The position numbers were made by a program, and so were the translations under genes. A stretch of 64,000 nt of DNA from an uncultured virus (IMG/VR IMGVR_UViG_3300021961_000027) (lineage: Duplodnaviria; Heunggongvirae; Uroviricota; Caudoviricetes): IMG/VR virus record IMGVR_UViG_3300021961_000027; one strand, written 5' to 3'. Below are positions 37,287-46,911 of this stretch, piece by piece; the first letter of the stretch is position 1; each line of letters begins with the position of its first letter. A model generated the notes under the pieces. That model had not been told where the DNA came from and did not search any database. It saw nothing but the letters and a program-made list of their open reading frames with translations.

Positions 37287-38336
37287 TTACCATCTCCACG
37301 CATTAGATTTTCTCAATTCTTCCCGTTGTTTCTTCAAATCAAAAGTCGGAACCCCTAACCATAAGTGCCATTTATCTCGATGTTCAGGAGCTAAGATATC
37401 AAACTGCCTGTAATGTAGTGTTTCTCTGCGAATAATTTCAATATGTTTTTGGGTGATTGGATGCTTGTTAGCGACTTTTTCATTCAACTGTTCACCGCAA
37501 ACTAAAACTCCATAATTTTCTACTGCAATAATATTTTCTATTTTCTTTCTTTTAATCTCCGTCTCAGGAACAGTATTTTCTTGTCCATCTGCAACAGTAG
37601 TTGGAACAGTACTATAACACTGATGATCGAGAATATAAAATATTCCTTGTCTATCTTGAACAAACTGTCTTCCATGCATCTTGAGACGATTGCCGAAATC
37701 GCAGTCTTCTAGACTTTTGCAACCGTCCATTCTTTCGTTATAACCATTAAGCTCTAAAGCATCTTCTAGTTTGAAACTAGTCCCGGCAAAAGCCCAATTT
37801 CCATTATAATGAGGATAAACATCTCCATGCATATGATTGAATCTATGGTCATTTATATAAAAATCACCAGTGATTGGAAATACAGGAACACCATCTTTAA
37901 CTTCTATACTTCTCATCCTATGATGCATGCCTAACATAAATTTGCCAGATAGATAATGATTCCAATATCTTTCCAGAAAATCATCAGGGAAAAATTCACC
38001 ATCATCACAACTTATTACTAATTCACCATCAGCATATATTATTCCAGTATTTTTAGCGGCAGAGATATATGTATGTCCTTTATCAAACCAATACCTATGT
38101 TCATGGTGCAAAGGAACATGCTTTACAATGAATGGCAAACCTGGCAAATAAGTTTTAAATCTATGTTTATTATCTTCATAAAAAGTATCAATATAAATAA
38201 ATTCAAATTGTTTTATAGTTTGTCTTGATAAGTTCTTTAGTAATGCATAAAAATAACTTGGTATTCCTTGATTCTCTAAAAAAGAATCTGCGGAAGCAGT
38301 ATGTATCATCAAAGAAATTTTATGAACGTAATGCAT
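37287..38336 (-). CDS. GT2-like glycosyltransferase
   Basis: AAKNTG, SCDD, LNGYNE, EDCDFG. Confidence 0.8.
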   Translation of the reverse strand: MHYVHKISLMIHTASADSFLENQGIPSYFYALLKNLSRQTIKQFEFIYIDTFYEDNKHRFKTYLPGLPFIVKHVPLHHEHRYWFDKGHTYISAAKNTGIIYADGELVISCDDGEFFPDDFLERYWNHYLSGKFMLGMHHRMRSIEVKDGVPVFPITGDFYINDHRFNHMHGDVYPHYNGNWAFAGTSFKLEDALELNGYNERMDGCKSLEDCDFGNRLKMHGRQFVQDRQGIFYILDHQCYSTVPTTVADGQENTVPETEIKRKKIENIIAVENYGVLVCGEQLNEKVANKHPITQKHIEIIRRETLHYRQFDILAPEHRDKWHLWLGVPTFDLKKQREELRKSNAWRW

Positions 38337-38343
38337 ATGTTGC

Positions 38344-39435
38344 CTAAACTCTTATTAAAAGTTTATAGATATCTTCAACCGTAGTTTCCATAATCTTAAC
38401 AACAGAATCATTATCTCCATAACTAATAACAATTTTTTCATCCTTTTTCATAACCATACCAATTGGGAAAGTGCAAACTATGTGTCCTTTTTTCCTGAAA
38501 TGCGGTTCGCAAGCTGCTTCTGCTGGCAAGAATGTCCTTCCACTTCTTGCTATTACATTAAATGGAGGCTTGCTTTCAAATAAGTATAATCCATTATCAT
38601 AGAAATGAATACCATTACAAATATGTGATGTATGAAAGGTACTTAAAAAATTACCATCAGGCATTTGCAGAGGATTTGTATTGCCTCTTAATTGAAAATT
38701 ATTAAACCAAATTTTTGGCCAAGTAGTTTCATATACTTGCCTACAACTATCATCTGCATAATCAGAAAGCTCATAAATTATGTGAGGATGTATGTTTGCC
38801 ACAATATAAATTTTTCCATCACAAATAAATGGTACCCAGTTTTTTTGTCTAGTATGAATGCCAGAAGGTGTTATTCTAAAATGTGGAGGATTGATAAACT
38901 TTCCATCGCTTTTATCCATAATAATTTTGCCAACAACATGTTCTTTTTCCATGTCATTTTCAAAATAAGAATATACCATCAACAACTTATTATCCGGAGT
39001 CCATACTATTCTTGGGTCTGCTGCTCGAACCAAATTAAAATTAAAAAAAGAATCTGGATGGGGTTTATAATTTGAATCTAGCAAACAACCTATTATGTTG
39101 TTTTCATTTTGTCTAAATACACAAACTAAGTTTTCACCGTCTGGTGCCCATGCAATTCCTGCATTAAATGCGCCAACATGAGGCAAGTTTACCCTTGCAA
39201 AACGAGCCCTAACTTGCGTTAAAACAGCTTTGTCTGGCCTTCTCTCAATTGCAGAACGAGGTACATGATTTGGCTGAAAACTCTTGCTGCTTGTTTTTCT
39301 GACCCGTGAATCATTAATGTTCTTAATATTCCTCCCTTCTTCTGGAGGAAGATATTGCGTATGAATATTCTTAGTTCCACGACGCTTCAATGATTCTTTT
39401 ATCAAGTCGTGAATTTTTTTATTTTTGTCATGCAT
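38344..39435 (-). CDS. GH130/GH43-like beta-propeller glycosidase
   Basis: FNAGI, ADPR, RQKNWVPF, LRG, ISYGDND; paralog of the C-terminal domain of 30701..32812. Confidence 0.7.
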   Translation of the reverse strand: MHDKNKKIHDLIKESLKRRGTKNIHTQYLPPEEGRNIKNINDSRVRKTSSKSFQPNHVPRSAIERRPDKAVLTQVRARFARVNLPHVGAFNAGIAWAPDGENLVCVFRQNENNIIGCLLDSNYKPHPDSFFNFNLVRAADPRIVWTPDNKLLMVYSYFENDMEKEHVVGKIIMDKSDGKFINPPHFRITPSGIHTRQKNWVPFICDGKIYIVANIHPHIIYELSDYADDSCRQVYETTWPKIWFNNFQLRGNTNPLQMPDGNFLSTFHTSHICNGIHFYDNGLYLFESKPPFNVIARSGRTFLPAEAACEPHFRKKGHIVCTFPIGMVMKKDEKIVISYGDNDSVVKIMETTVEDIYKLLIRV

Positions 39436-39721
39436 TTTGAATATAAGCTTTAGTCAATTCTTCAATAATTTCATCTACAGTATCTGGATTTACTCCAGAC
39501 AATACTAAAGGGTCTCTAAGTTTATTTTTAACAAAGGTACGGTATGCTAAACCCTTTCTTTTTGCAGCAGAAACAATAACAGCTTTTGCAGCTCTGCACT
39601 CTTTTATTACTCTATAAACAGATATACAAATTGATATAATTGTTAATAGTGTAAAAGGATCGAACCCATATCCATTCTCAAATTTAGAATGGATAATCTT
39701 AGTAATATCTTCTTCATTCAT
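39428..39721 (-). CDS. hypothetical protein
   Basis: AAGGAG RBS; YGFDPFTLLTII. Confidence 0.65.
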   Translation of the reverse strand: MNEEDITKIIHSKFENGYGFDPFTLLTIISICISVYRVIKECRAAKAVIVSAAKRKGLAYRTFVKNKLRDPLVLSGVNPDTVDEIIEELTKAYIQNA

Positions 39722-39733
39722 ATTAGCTCCTTT

Positions 39734-39931
39734 TTATTCTTCTGTATCTTCAGAAGCTATTACATCTTCGACACTCGGATCGATAGGAGGAGCTTCTTTT
39801 TGTGACAAGAAATTTTGATAAGAGTAGGGATTTTCTTCTGCCTGTTGTACAGGCATTTGTGCTGGTTGATTTTCTGTTACATTTTGATCTGGGGACATTC
39901 TATTCGTTAGCCAATCACCAAAGTTCTTCAT
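39734..39931 (-). CDS. small protein with MKNFGDWL N-terminus
   Basis: ATGA-coupled to the upstream gene. Confidence 0.65.
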   Translation of the reverse strand: MKNFGDWLTNRMSPDQNVTENQPAQMPVQQAEENPYSYQNFLSQKEAPPIDPSVEDVIASEDTEE

Positions 39932-40668
39932 TTTTTATCCTTCTTCTTAAGACTTAGTTTTTCATCTTCTACAGAATTAATATAGTCAGTTAGTTTATCT
40001 AATAGACCACGATTTCTTAGTTCTTTGAATACTAAATTCTCAATTGAAAACTCTCCACCAGTTTGAACAGCAGATTTTCTCATAAGCCTTAGCTTTTCTT
40101 TGAATTTTTCAAGTAATGCCAGATCATCAATTTTAGATTTCATAAAATAATTGATATCATCTTCTATATTTTTGGCTTTTCTTTTTATATGAGGATCATC
40201 TAAATCAATTTTTTTGTAAGTAGGCTTCTTAATCCAATCATTTTTAATAATGCTATAAACGCCTTGGTCCTTGCTTGTTTTTTCACTTAGATCTTGAGCA
40301 TATACTTCAACTGGAATTCCATAGATTCTAACATCATGTGTAAGTCCCCAAAGTTGCTTTTTATCTAACAAGTATTCATCTAATAACTTATTTTCGCAGT
40401 CTGCAATTTTAGATTTATTAACAATCAAATGAAGATCTAAATCGCTGAATTCTGTATAATTGAAATTTGCATTTCCGCCCACAATAACAACATCAACAAT
40501 TGCATCCTGTGGAATAAGGGCTTCTGCTGCCCACGAATCGGCTATTTCGCCTAATTTATTTTTGACTTCTGGCCTAAGCTTATCTCCACTCCATAACTTA
40601 GGATTAAGTCTGTCATGATATTGAAGAGTAAGTTCATTTTCAGTAAGAAATTGCATAAAAGTTTTCAT
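39928..40668 (-). CDS. Pol-beta-type nucleotidyltransferase
   Basis: GGNANFNYTEFSDLDLH, VEVYAQD, GGEFSIENLVFKELR; N-terminal MKTFMQFLTE. Confidence 0.8.
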   Translation of the reverse strand: MKTFMQFLTENELTLQYHDRLNPKLWSGDKLRPEVKNKLGEIADSWAAEALIPQDAIVDVVIVGGNANFNYTEFSDLDLHLIVNKSKIADCENKLLDEYLLDKKQLWGLTHDVRIYGIPVEVYAQDLSEKTSKDQGVYSIIKNDWIKKPTYKKIDLDDPHIKRKAKNIEDDINYFMKSKIDDLALLEKFKEKLRLMRKSAVQTGGEFSIENLVFKELRNRGLLDKLTDYINSVEDEKLSLKKKDKK

Positions 40669-40695
40669 ACAATTATGTAGTGAGGAAAAATTAAA

Positions 40696-41211
40696 ATGCA
40701 ACCAATTCTGTATGTTGATTTAGATGGCGTTTTAGTGAATCTCAAGAAAAAAATTGGAGAAATTTATAACTCTGACATAAGTTTATTAAGTTCTGATGAA
40801 TTTGCTTTGTTATTTTATGACTTAATTGGGGAAATGAATTATCAACAAACTATAAACTTTTGGGAATCATTAGAAGAAACATCTGATTGCAATTTGTTAT
40901 GGGATTTTTTGAAGAATTACCAACCGCTTATTCTTACATCTGTAAGTGGAAATAAGGCAAGTGTAATTGGTAAAAAAAATTGGTGCAAAAACCATTTGAG
41001 AATAGAACCAGAACGAGTATTCTGCTCAAGAAAAAGTAATGAAAAGCAAAACTTTGCGTGTCCACAAGCAATTTTGATTGATGATTTAGATAAAAACATA
41101 GAAGGATTCCGAAGCAAAGGAGGCTACGGAATCCTTCATGTAAATGCTAAACAAACTATTACTGAACTTCAAGAGCTATTCAAAAACAATAGCTTTCTCT
41201 TTGGGTCGTAA
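40696..41211 (+). CDS. HAD-family 5'(3')-deoxyribonucleotidase-like
   Basis: YVDLDGVL, ILTS, GKKNW, ILIDD. Confidence 0.8.
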   Translation: MQPILYVDLDGVLVNLKKKIGEIYNSDISLLSSDEFALLFYDLIGEMNYQQTINFWESLEETSDCNLLWDFLKNYQPLILTSVSGNKASVIGKKNWCKNHLRIEPERVFCSRKSNEKQNFACPQAILIDDLDKNIEGFRSKGGYGILHVNAKQTITELQELFKNNSFLFGS

Positions 41212-41622
41212 AATAAAGTGTTTTATTTCAGCTTGTTTGATTGTGAAAATACAATTATCACTAAAGTCGAAATTGCCTTTACCAGAATATGTTTTGGCAT
41301 TTAAAATATAATCTTTAATTTGTTTTGGGGGATTAACATCTAACTCGCATCTTGCATAAATGGTATCTTTTGTTAAATATATGCAGGAAACATATCCGAG
41401 AGGCACAATGTCTTCTCTTCCATCAGCACCATACATAGCATAATATATTTTTACAGGTTTGTAGTTTTTTGCCATAATGTCAAGACACTTAGATGTAAAC
41501 AAAGTCTTATCAGACTCATTCTGATTATTTTTACATACTGTATCGGCTTTAATGAATGGTAGGCTAATAACCGTTGCAGGTGGAGTAGTTTGATTTAACA
41601 ACAAAAACAAAATCGAAAGCAT
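41176..41622 (-). CDS. hypothetical exported protein
   Basis: N-terminal hydrophobic stretch. Confidence 0.55.
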   Translation of the reverse strand: MLSILFLLLNQTTPPATVISLPFIKADTVCKNNQNESDKTLFTSKCLDIMAKNYKPVKIYYAMYGADGREDIVPLGYVSCIYLTKDTIYARCELDVNPPKQIKDYILNAKTYSGKGNFDFSDNCIFTIKQAEIKHFILRPKEKAIVFE

Positions 41623-41691
41623 GATTGAACTCCCAAAGAGAAGCCTTGCCCACAATATCGTAATTGAAAAAAAAATTCAATCAAGTATAAA

Positions 41692-41720
41692 AAAAAAGGG
41701 ACTAGGTTTCCCTAGTCCCC
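41692..41720 (-). terminator. intrinsic terminator
   Basis: GGGACTAGG/CCTAGTCCC hairpin with T tract on the minus strand. Confidence 0.75.
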
Positions 41721-41745
41721 AAAAATTATTTTATAATTTTTGTAA

Positions 41746-42105
41746 TTACTTGCAGTTGACGCAGCTAACAGCGTTGCCAACAACGGTGCGAGTACGGCCC
41801 AACAAACGACGGGCAGGGGCGACGGTGGTAGCAGGGCAGCAGTCGCAAGAAGCAGCCTTCTTGACTTCAACAGCCTTGACCTCGACAACCTTCACTGGCA
41901 CCTTCTCAACGACCACCAAGCTACGGCGCTCACGGAGAGTTGCACGGCGAGCCACCTCAACGGTAGCACACTCACAAGCAGCACCCTTGACCGCTTGGGC
42001 CTTGGCCGGGGCAGCAGGAGCTTGGGCCTTAGTGGGGCCTTCTCCAGCTTGAACGGCAACAAAACCAACAACGGCAGCAACAGTAGCGAGAATGAAATTC
42101 TTCAT
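41746..42105 (-). CDS. secreted Ala/Val/Cys-rich protein (host-like, high GC)
   Basis: Signal peptide MKNFILATVAAVVGFVAVQA; own promoter (42182-42209) and terminator. Confidence 0.75.
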   Translation of the reverse strand: MKNFILATVAAVVGFVAVQAGEGPTKAQAPAAPAKAQAVKGAACECATVEVARRATLRERRSLVVVEKVPVKVVEVKAVEVKKAASCDCCPATTVAPARRLLGRTRTVVGNAVSCVNCK

Positions 42106-42254
42106 CTTTTCAAAACCTTTCTGTGTCATGGACACTTGAGTAAAATCTCATGGTGACACGCTTGGCATCCCCATGTCGATTATTATAGCCTGACCAGATA
42201 AAAAAACAACCCCAAGCAATAAATGCTGGGGTTGTAAAAATTACACTATTGATT

Positions 42255-42638
42255 TTACTTTAAATACTTTAACTTATAAACAGTTCTAAATGTAAGAGCT
42301 ACTATTTCATCAAGTATATTATGAAGATGTGTATCTTTACTATCAATAAGTTTATGAGAATTTACTAACATTTTGCCAAGATTTTCCATATATGCTAGAG
42401 GATCTTCTTCGCCAACATTCGAAAAATCTAATTTCTGCATACCATATTGGCCAGAATATACTTCAAATAGTTCGTCAGCTAATAAAGTAACAGCGTTATA
42501 AAATTCGCCTAATGCTTCATGTTGGCTAAATGATTTTGATCGCAAGTGCGCTTTATGAGCAAAGTCTCTTGATTCAAATAACTTTGATATGATTGAATTC
42601 AAATTGCCGCCTTTTGTAAATTCATTTAAACTTAACAT
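42255..42638 (-). CDS. ferritin/Dps-like protein (DUF5856-like)
   Basis: AHKAHL....SQHEALGEFY, G.YG, NILDEI...YKLKYL. Confidence 0.75.
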   Translation of the reverse strand: MLSLNEFTKGGNLNSIISKLFESRDFAHKAHLRSKSFSQHEALGEFYNAVTLLADELFEVYSGQYGMQKLDFSNVGEEDPLAYMENLGKMLVNSHKLIDSKDTHLHNILDEIVALTFRTVYKLKYLK

Positions 42639-42676
42639 AAAATCACCTCAACCTATTTATGGTTTTGCTAATGGTT

Positions 42677-43738
42677 TTAAAGATTTGGATTATCATGTAC
42701 TCTATTCACTCTTATAAAAGTTGTACACTTCGACAAATCTTTCAATTTGTTTGTGCCAACATAAGTGCAAGTGCTTCTTAATCCACCAAGAATTTCCTCA
42801 ATCGTTTCAGATATTCTTCCTTTGTATGGCACTTCAAGAACACGCCCTTCGCTAGCTCTATATTTTGCTTTGCTTCCATAGTGTTTTTTCATAGCTTCGT
42901 AGGAACTCATTCCATAAAATACCATTTTTTGTTTTTTACCATTTGCATCACAAATAAAACGGCCACCACATTCATCGTGTCCAGCAAAATATCCACCAAT
43001 CATCACGAAATCAGCCCCGGCTCCTATTGCTTTGGCAACATCTCCGGGCATTCTAATTCCACCGTCTGAGCAAATATGACCACCGACACCATGAGCAGCA
43101 TCAGCACATTCAATTATTGCACTTAGCTGTGGCACTCCAACACCTGCTACCAATCTAGTACTACAACTTTTCCCCCCGCCTATTCCAACTTTAATAATAC
43201 TTGCTTTTCCAACAAGTAGAAGTTCAAGAACTTGTTCAGGAGTGCAGACATTACCTGCCATAATAATACTATCAGGAAATAAATCTCTTATTTCTTTACA
43301 TTTATCTACGAATGATTGTGTATACCCATTTGCAACATCAATACAAATTTTATTAATAGGAACAGCTAATTTGTGAAGCATTCTTAACTTTTCGAAATCT
43401 GCACTACCAGTGCCAGTTGTATAAAAAACTTTATCTAGGACTGCTTGATCTTCTTCTCTGTAAAACTTCTCTAACTCAGATAAAGAGTAAAATTTATGTA
43501 AGGCAGTTGAACATCCGTGCTTAGCTAATTCTCTTGCCATTTCCATAGTGCCAATTGTATCCATATTGGCAGCGATAATTGGCACTCCAACATTTGTTGG
43601 AGCTTCTTTTTTAGATTGATAATTCAGAAAATTAAAACTTCTATCCAGATCTACATCAGCTCTACTTACAGCTTGGCTTCTTTTAGGTTTTATTAATACA
43701 TCGCTAAAATCTAACTTTATGTCATTCTCAATTTTCAT
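42677..43738 (-). CDS. guaC: GMP reductase
   Basis: KLDFSDVLIKPKRS, AANMD, IDVANGY, KVGIGGG..C.TR, FYGMSS, YRASEG, GGLRSTCTY. Confidence 0.93.
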   Translation of the reverse strand: MKIENDIKLDFSDVLIKPKRSQAVSRADVDLDRSFNFLNYQSKKEAPTNVGVPIIAANMDTIGTMEMARELAKHGCSTALHKFYSLSELEKFYREEDQAVLDKVFYTTGTGSADFEKLRMLHKLAVPINKICIDVANGYTQSFVDKCKEIRDLFPDSIIMAGNVCTPEQVLELLLVGKASIIKVGIGGGKSCSTRLVAGVGVPQLSAIIECADAAHGVGGHICSDGGIRMPGDVAKAIGAGADFVMIGGYFAGHDECGGRFICDANGKKQKMVFYGMSSYEAMKKHYGSKAKYRASEGRVLEVPYKGRISETIEEILGGLRSTCTYVGTNKLKDLSKCTTFIRVNRVHDNPNL

Positions 43739-43762
43739 GTCTCGGCTCCAATTTCTTTGGAA

Positions 43763-44353
43763 TTAGAGATCTTCCAGAGAAAGTGTAGCTTCTTCAACTA
43801 CTTCATTCAACAAATTGTGCATACGAATTGAAACTGACTGTTCTAGACCTAACGACTTATAAGCTGAACAATATTTGCGTAAATCCTTCAAAGCATCATC
43901 ATATGAATCATAGGAAGCTATAGATGAATCCTTAGTGTCCATAAAGTCTTGAAATTTAATTGCAATATTGTTAGTATTATCATAAAGAGTATAATACTTA
44001 ATATCTTTTCTTTTATCAAATAAAGATTTAATGTCATCAAATATAAGATTAGACAAAAAATAATACTTTTTATAATACTGTAACTTTAACTTTTCTTTAT
44101 CATTAAATTTAAAGAAAGGATTTATCTGGAGAACAAATTGAACAAATTCTGGTGTTTTTACATTAACGGAATCAATATCTTCATCAGAAATATCAAATTC
44201 ATAAGGAAAGTATCTTTTATTTGCAAGGACACGGAATATTAATTGTTGAGATACTGTTCTATTCTTCGGCCCTTTGCTTTTAGACTGTAGTATTGATACT
44301 GTTTTTTCTCTTATATCATTTATTAACTGTCTCTCCACTATACTCCTCTGCAT
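43763..44353 (-). CDS. hypothetical protein
   Basis: 196 aa ORF. Confidence 0.6.
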   Translation of the reverse strand: MQRSIVERQLINDIREKTVSILQSKSKGPKNRTVSQQLIFRVLANKRYFPYEFDISDEDIDSVNVKTPEFVQFVLQINPFFKFNDKEKLKLQYYKKYYFLSNLIFDDIKSLFDKRKDIKYYTLYDNTNNIAIKFQDFMDTKDSSIASYDSYDDALKDLRKYCSAYKSLGLEQSVSIRMHNLLNEVVEEATLSLEDL

Positions 44354-44513
44354 TTTTAATTGCCGACATAATCATATTAGTATTTGGCTTTCCAGAGTAC
44401 AATAATAAAATGAAATCATCAGCCAATTTTTGCACATCATCTTTGTTTGCTATTTCTGGATTTTTACGCATTTCTAGAATACGAAGCATCCAATCTGGGG
44501 TAATATCGATCAT
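44316..44513 (-). CDS. hypothetical protein
   Basis: MIDITPDW..., in frame with ORF 44316..44624. Confidence 0.55.
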   Translation of the reverse strand: MIDITPDWMLRILEMRKNPEIANKDDVQKLADDFILLLYSGKPNTNMIMSAIKNAEEYSGETVNK

Positions 44514-44533
44514 ATGTATCTTTTCACAAAAGA

Positions 44534-44587
44534 CGGTGGAGTCTTGAGGCACACCATGTGCTCCCGCCCATTCCCAAGACTCCACCG
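44534..44587 (-). terminator. long hairpin or terminator-like element after the RuvB-like gene
   Basis: 13-bp perfect stem CGGTGGAGTCTTG/CAAGACTCCACCG followed by TCTTTT on the minus strand. Confidence 0.55.
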
Positions 44588-44592
44588 ATACC

Positions 44593-45723
44593 CTAGAATA
44601 TATAATAAGGCTTGGGTTCTTCAAGGTTTCTTTTCTTCAATTCTTGATAACCAGCCTCGGTCAGCAAATAACCGCTCATGGAAACACCTACCAAAGCTTG
44701 CTGGTCTGGCGTTTCCATTAACAGAGTTGGCATAATACGGGTGTCCAACTCCTTGGTGCGAACTTGTAGTTGCATAGCCAAACGGTCTTTGCTTGTAGGT
44801 CGCTTAGCAAGAATTTTAAGAATTCTTACATGCATCTCATGTAAACCAAATTCATCAATACCACTTTCTGCTGCAATTTGTGCAGCAAGTTCTCCAAAAT
44901 CTTGATTGACTTGTATTTTTTGTAACATCTTCAAATCCCTAGCAAATTCCAAAGCTTTGCGAGGCACTCTGGGTTGATAATTAGCAATCAACTGACACAT
45001 TGAAAATGTGAAGTCGGGATTGTGTACCTTAACAATCTCTGCAACTTCTTCTTTGCAATATGGCTTGAGTTTGACTTCGCAAAAACGATTTTGGAATGCA
45101 TCAAACAAATCTGCACAATCTGTGGTTGCTGCAATCCAACAAACGTTATAAGTGTCAACAATTTTGCCTTTTTCAGTACACATAATAGCATCTTGAGATT
45201 CAAGAGCTTTCAACAAACCTTGTTGCATATTATTCTTGAGATTGTGAACCTCGTCAATAAAAACTATGCATGGTGGCAGTTTGATCCGTCCAGCAACATC
45301 TTCTACCTTGATCTTGGGCTCACAGGCATTTAAGAAACTAACAATACATTCAAGAAGTTCATGGACAGTAGAAACTGCTTGTGGGCTGATCTCGATGAGA
45401 GGCAACCCCAAAGTTTTTGCAAACACTCTAGAAAGAGTGGTTTTGCCTACTGAAGATGGTCCGGTCAAAAGCCAAGAAATATCACGACAAACATGATTGG
45501 GTTTTTCAAGAGCAATTGCAATTGCTCTTCCCATTTTAAGCTTAGCATAATCTTGACCAACATAATTATAAAAAGGACTATCAATATTAGTTGGACTAAC
45601 AGCCCACAACCTATCCCTCAAAGAGGGACAAGGAGGAAGATGATGAGTCTCTGGAATTTGCGAATCGTAGTGAAAAAGCAGTTCTGATACAAAAGTTTCT
45701 TTTTCTTGTTTAGTCTTAACCAT
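44593..45723 (-). CDS. RuvB-like AAA+ ATPase
   Basis: YVGQ, GPSSVGKTT, FIDEVH, AATT, RF, VPRKA, GIDEFGL, C-terminal winged helix. Confidence 0.8.
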   Translation of the reverse strand: MVKTKQEKETFVSELLFHYDSQIPETHHLPPCPSLRDRLWAVSPTNIDSPFYNYVGQDYAKLKMGRAIAIALEKPNHVCRDISWLLTGPSSVGKTTLSRVFAKTLGLPLIEISPQAVSTVHELLECIVSFLNACEPKIKVEDVAGRIKLPPCIVFIDEVHNLKNNMQQGLLKALESQDAIMCTEKGKIVDTYNVCWIAATTDCADLFDAFQNRFCEVKLKPYCKEEVAEIVKVHNPDFTFSMCQLIANYQPRVPRKALEFARDLKMLQKIQVNQDFGELAAQIAAESGIDEFGLHEMHVRILKILAKRPTSKDRLAMQLQVRTKELDTRIMPTLLMETPDQQALVGVSMSGYLLTEAGYQELKKRNLEEPKPYYIF

Positions 45724-45737
45724 ATAGCCCCCTAGTA

Positions 45738-46535
45738 TTAAATATTGACATCATTCCTAGAGATCTGATTATTTGTTACATAGTCTCTCGTCCGTTGTAG
45801 AACCTTATTCAAACGATTCCTTACAGCGTTAGCAGTAATTGAATCATTATACATTTTAATGTGTTCAGCAATTACCAAATCAACCCAATTCACATCACTC
45901 TTAGCTTTGTGTTCAATATGTAACAAAACAACAACACGGTCGAACTCATCTTGGCAATTCGCCAAAAGCAAATCATTCAAACTGATATTTTCTGACTTTT
46001 CATATTCCACATCGGTAGTAGCAGCCCTAGCGGTAATAGCGGAGTAAAGCTTCTTGTTGCTAGGGTCGAAGTAATTGCTCTTCTCTTTATTGTTCTTGCT
46101 CTTATTAAGACAGGACTTGCGATAGTCCCTCAAAGCTGACTGAATATAAGTATAGAAAATTGTCGAGAGCTTGATAGTTGGGTTATTGTAATTCCAAAGA
46201 GCTTTACGGATAGCCATTTGGCCTTCGATATAAGCTTCGTCAACATCCATACCTTGAAAATAGATCTTGTGTACTCGCTGAAATACCATCGAGCGATATT
46301 TCTCTTGAACATAATCTTCGTGCTTCTGAGCTTCAAGAATTTTTTCGATGTTAGCAAGAAGATTATCTCGGTCAACAACATTCAGCAGTTCAAGGACTTT
46401 ATTGATATCTTTCTGAAGATCTGAAATGAAAGCGAGATAGCTAGGGTACTGGTTTTCAACCAAAGTAAAAAATTGATGTCCAATATTGTTTCCATCAGCC
46501 AAGGCAACAGGGCAAATAGTATGAGCGGCCAACAT
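45738..46535 (-). CDS. divergent sigma-70-like factor
   Basis: DEAYIEGQMAIRKALWNYN....KLSTIFYTYIQSALRDY and C-terminal TANAVRNRL; AAGGAGG RBS. Confidence 0.6.
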   Translation of the reverse strand: MLAAHTICPVALADGNNIGHQFFTLVENQYPSYLAFISDLQKDINKVLELLNVVDRDNLLANIEKILEAQKHEDYVQEKYRSMVFQRVHKIYFQGMDVDEAYIEGQMAIRKALWNYNNPTIKLSTIFYTYIQSALRDYRKSCLNKSKNNKEKSNYFDPSNKKLYSAITARAATTDVEYEKSENISLNDLLLANCQDEFDRVVVLLHIEHKAKSDVNWVDLVIAEHIKMYNDSITANAVRNRLNKVLQRTRDYVTNNQISRNDVNI

Positions 46536-46661
46536 GAATCCTCCTTGAGGTTGCAGGTATCGGGTAGATTCGACAGAGCCTACAGCGGACAATAGTAAGG
46601 AACTACGACTTGATTATCGCACTAGAGGCAGGGCACGGCGATTCCTTTCGCCATAGAGAAT

Positions 46662-46689
46662 ATCCTAGACGGAGTTTTGAAAAAAACAA
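46662..46689 (-). promoter_or_regulatory. promoter TTGTTT-N16-TAGGAT
   Basis: Recurring promoter family, upstream of the sigma-like gene. Confidence 0.5.
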
Positions 46690-46911
46690 GCAAACCTTCA
46701 AAATTTTTAGCAAATCCGAGAAGATTTAATAACAATGTTATTAGTTTTGATTTTTTTGGAACCTAATATTTTTCTAATAATCAAAAATATTTCTTTTTGA
46801 TTCATATTAGAAAGATCAATAATTTTTTTCTTTTTATTGTTAATCATATATGTGTAATTTTTTATTTATGTTTTATTTTTTATTTTTTCACAAGTAATAA
46901 TAGAATATATT

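Noticed and set aside
41621..42052. Plus-strand 143-aa ORF
   Set aside because: Antisense to the signal-peptide gene that has a promoter, RBS and terminator; it also crosses that terminator
44593..45723. Assigning the gene symbol ruvB
   Set aside because: Divergent motifs and no ruvA/ruvC nearby; called RuvB-like only
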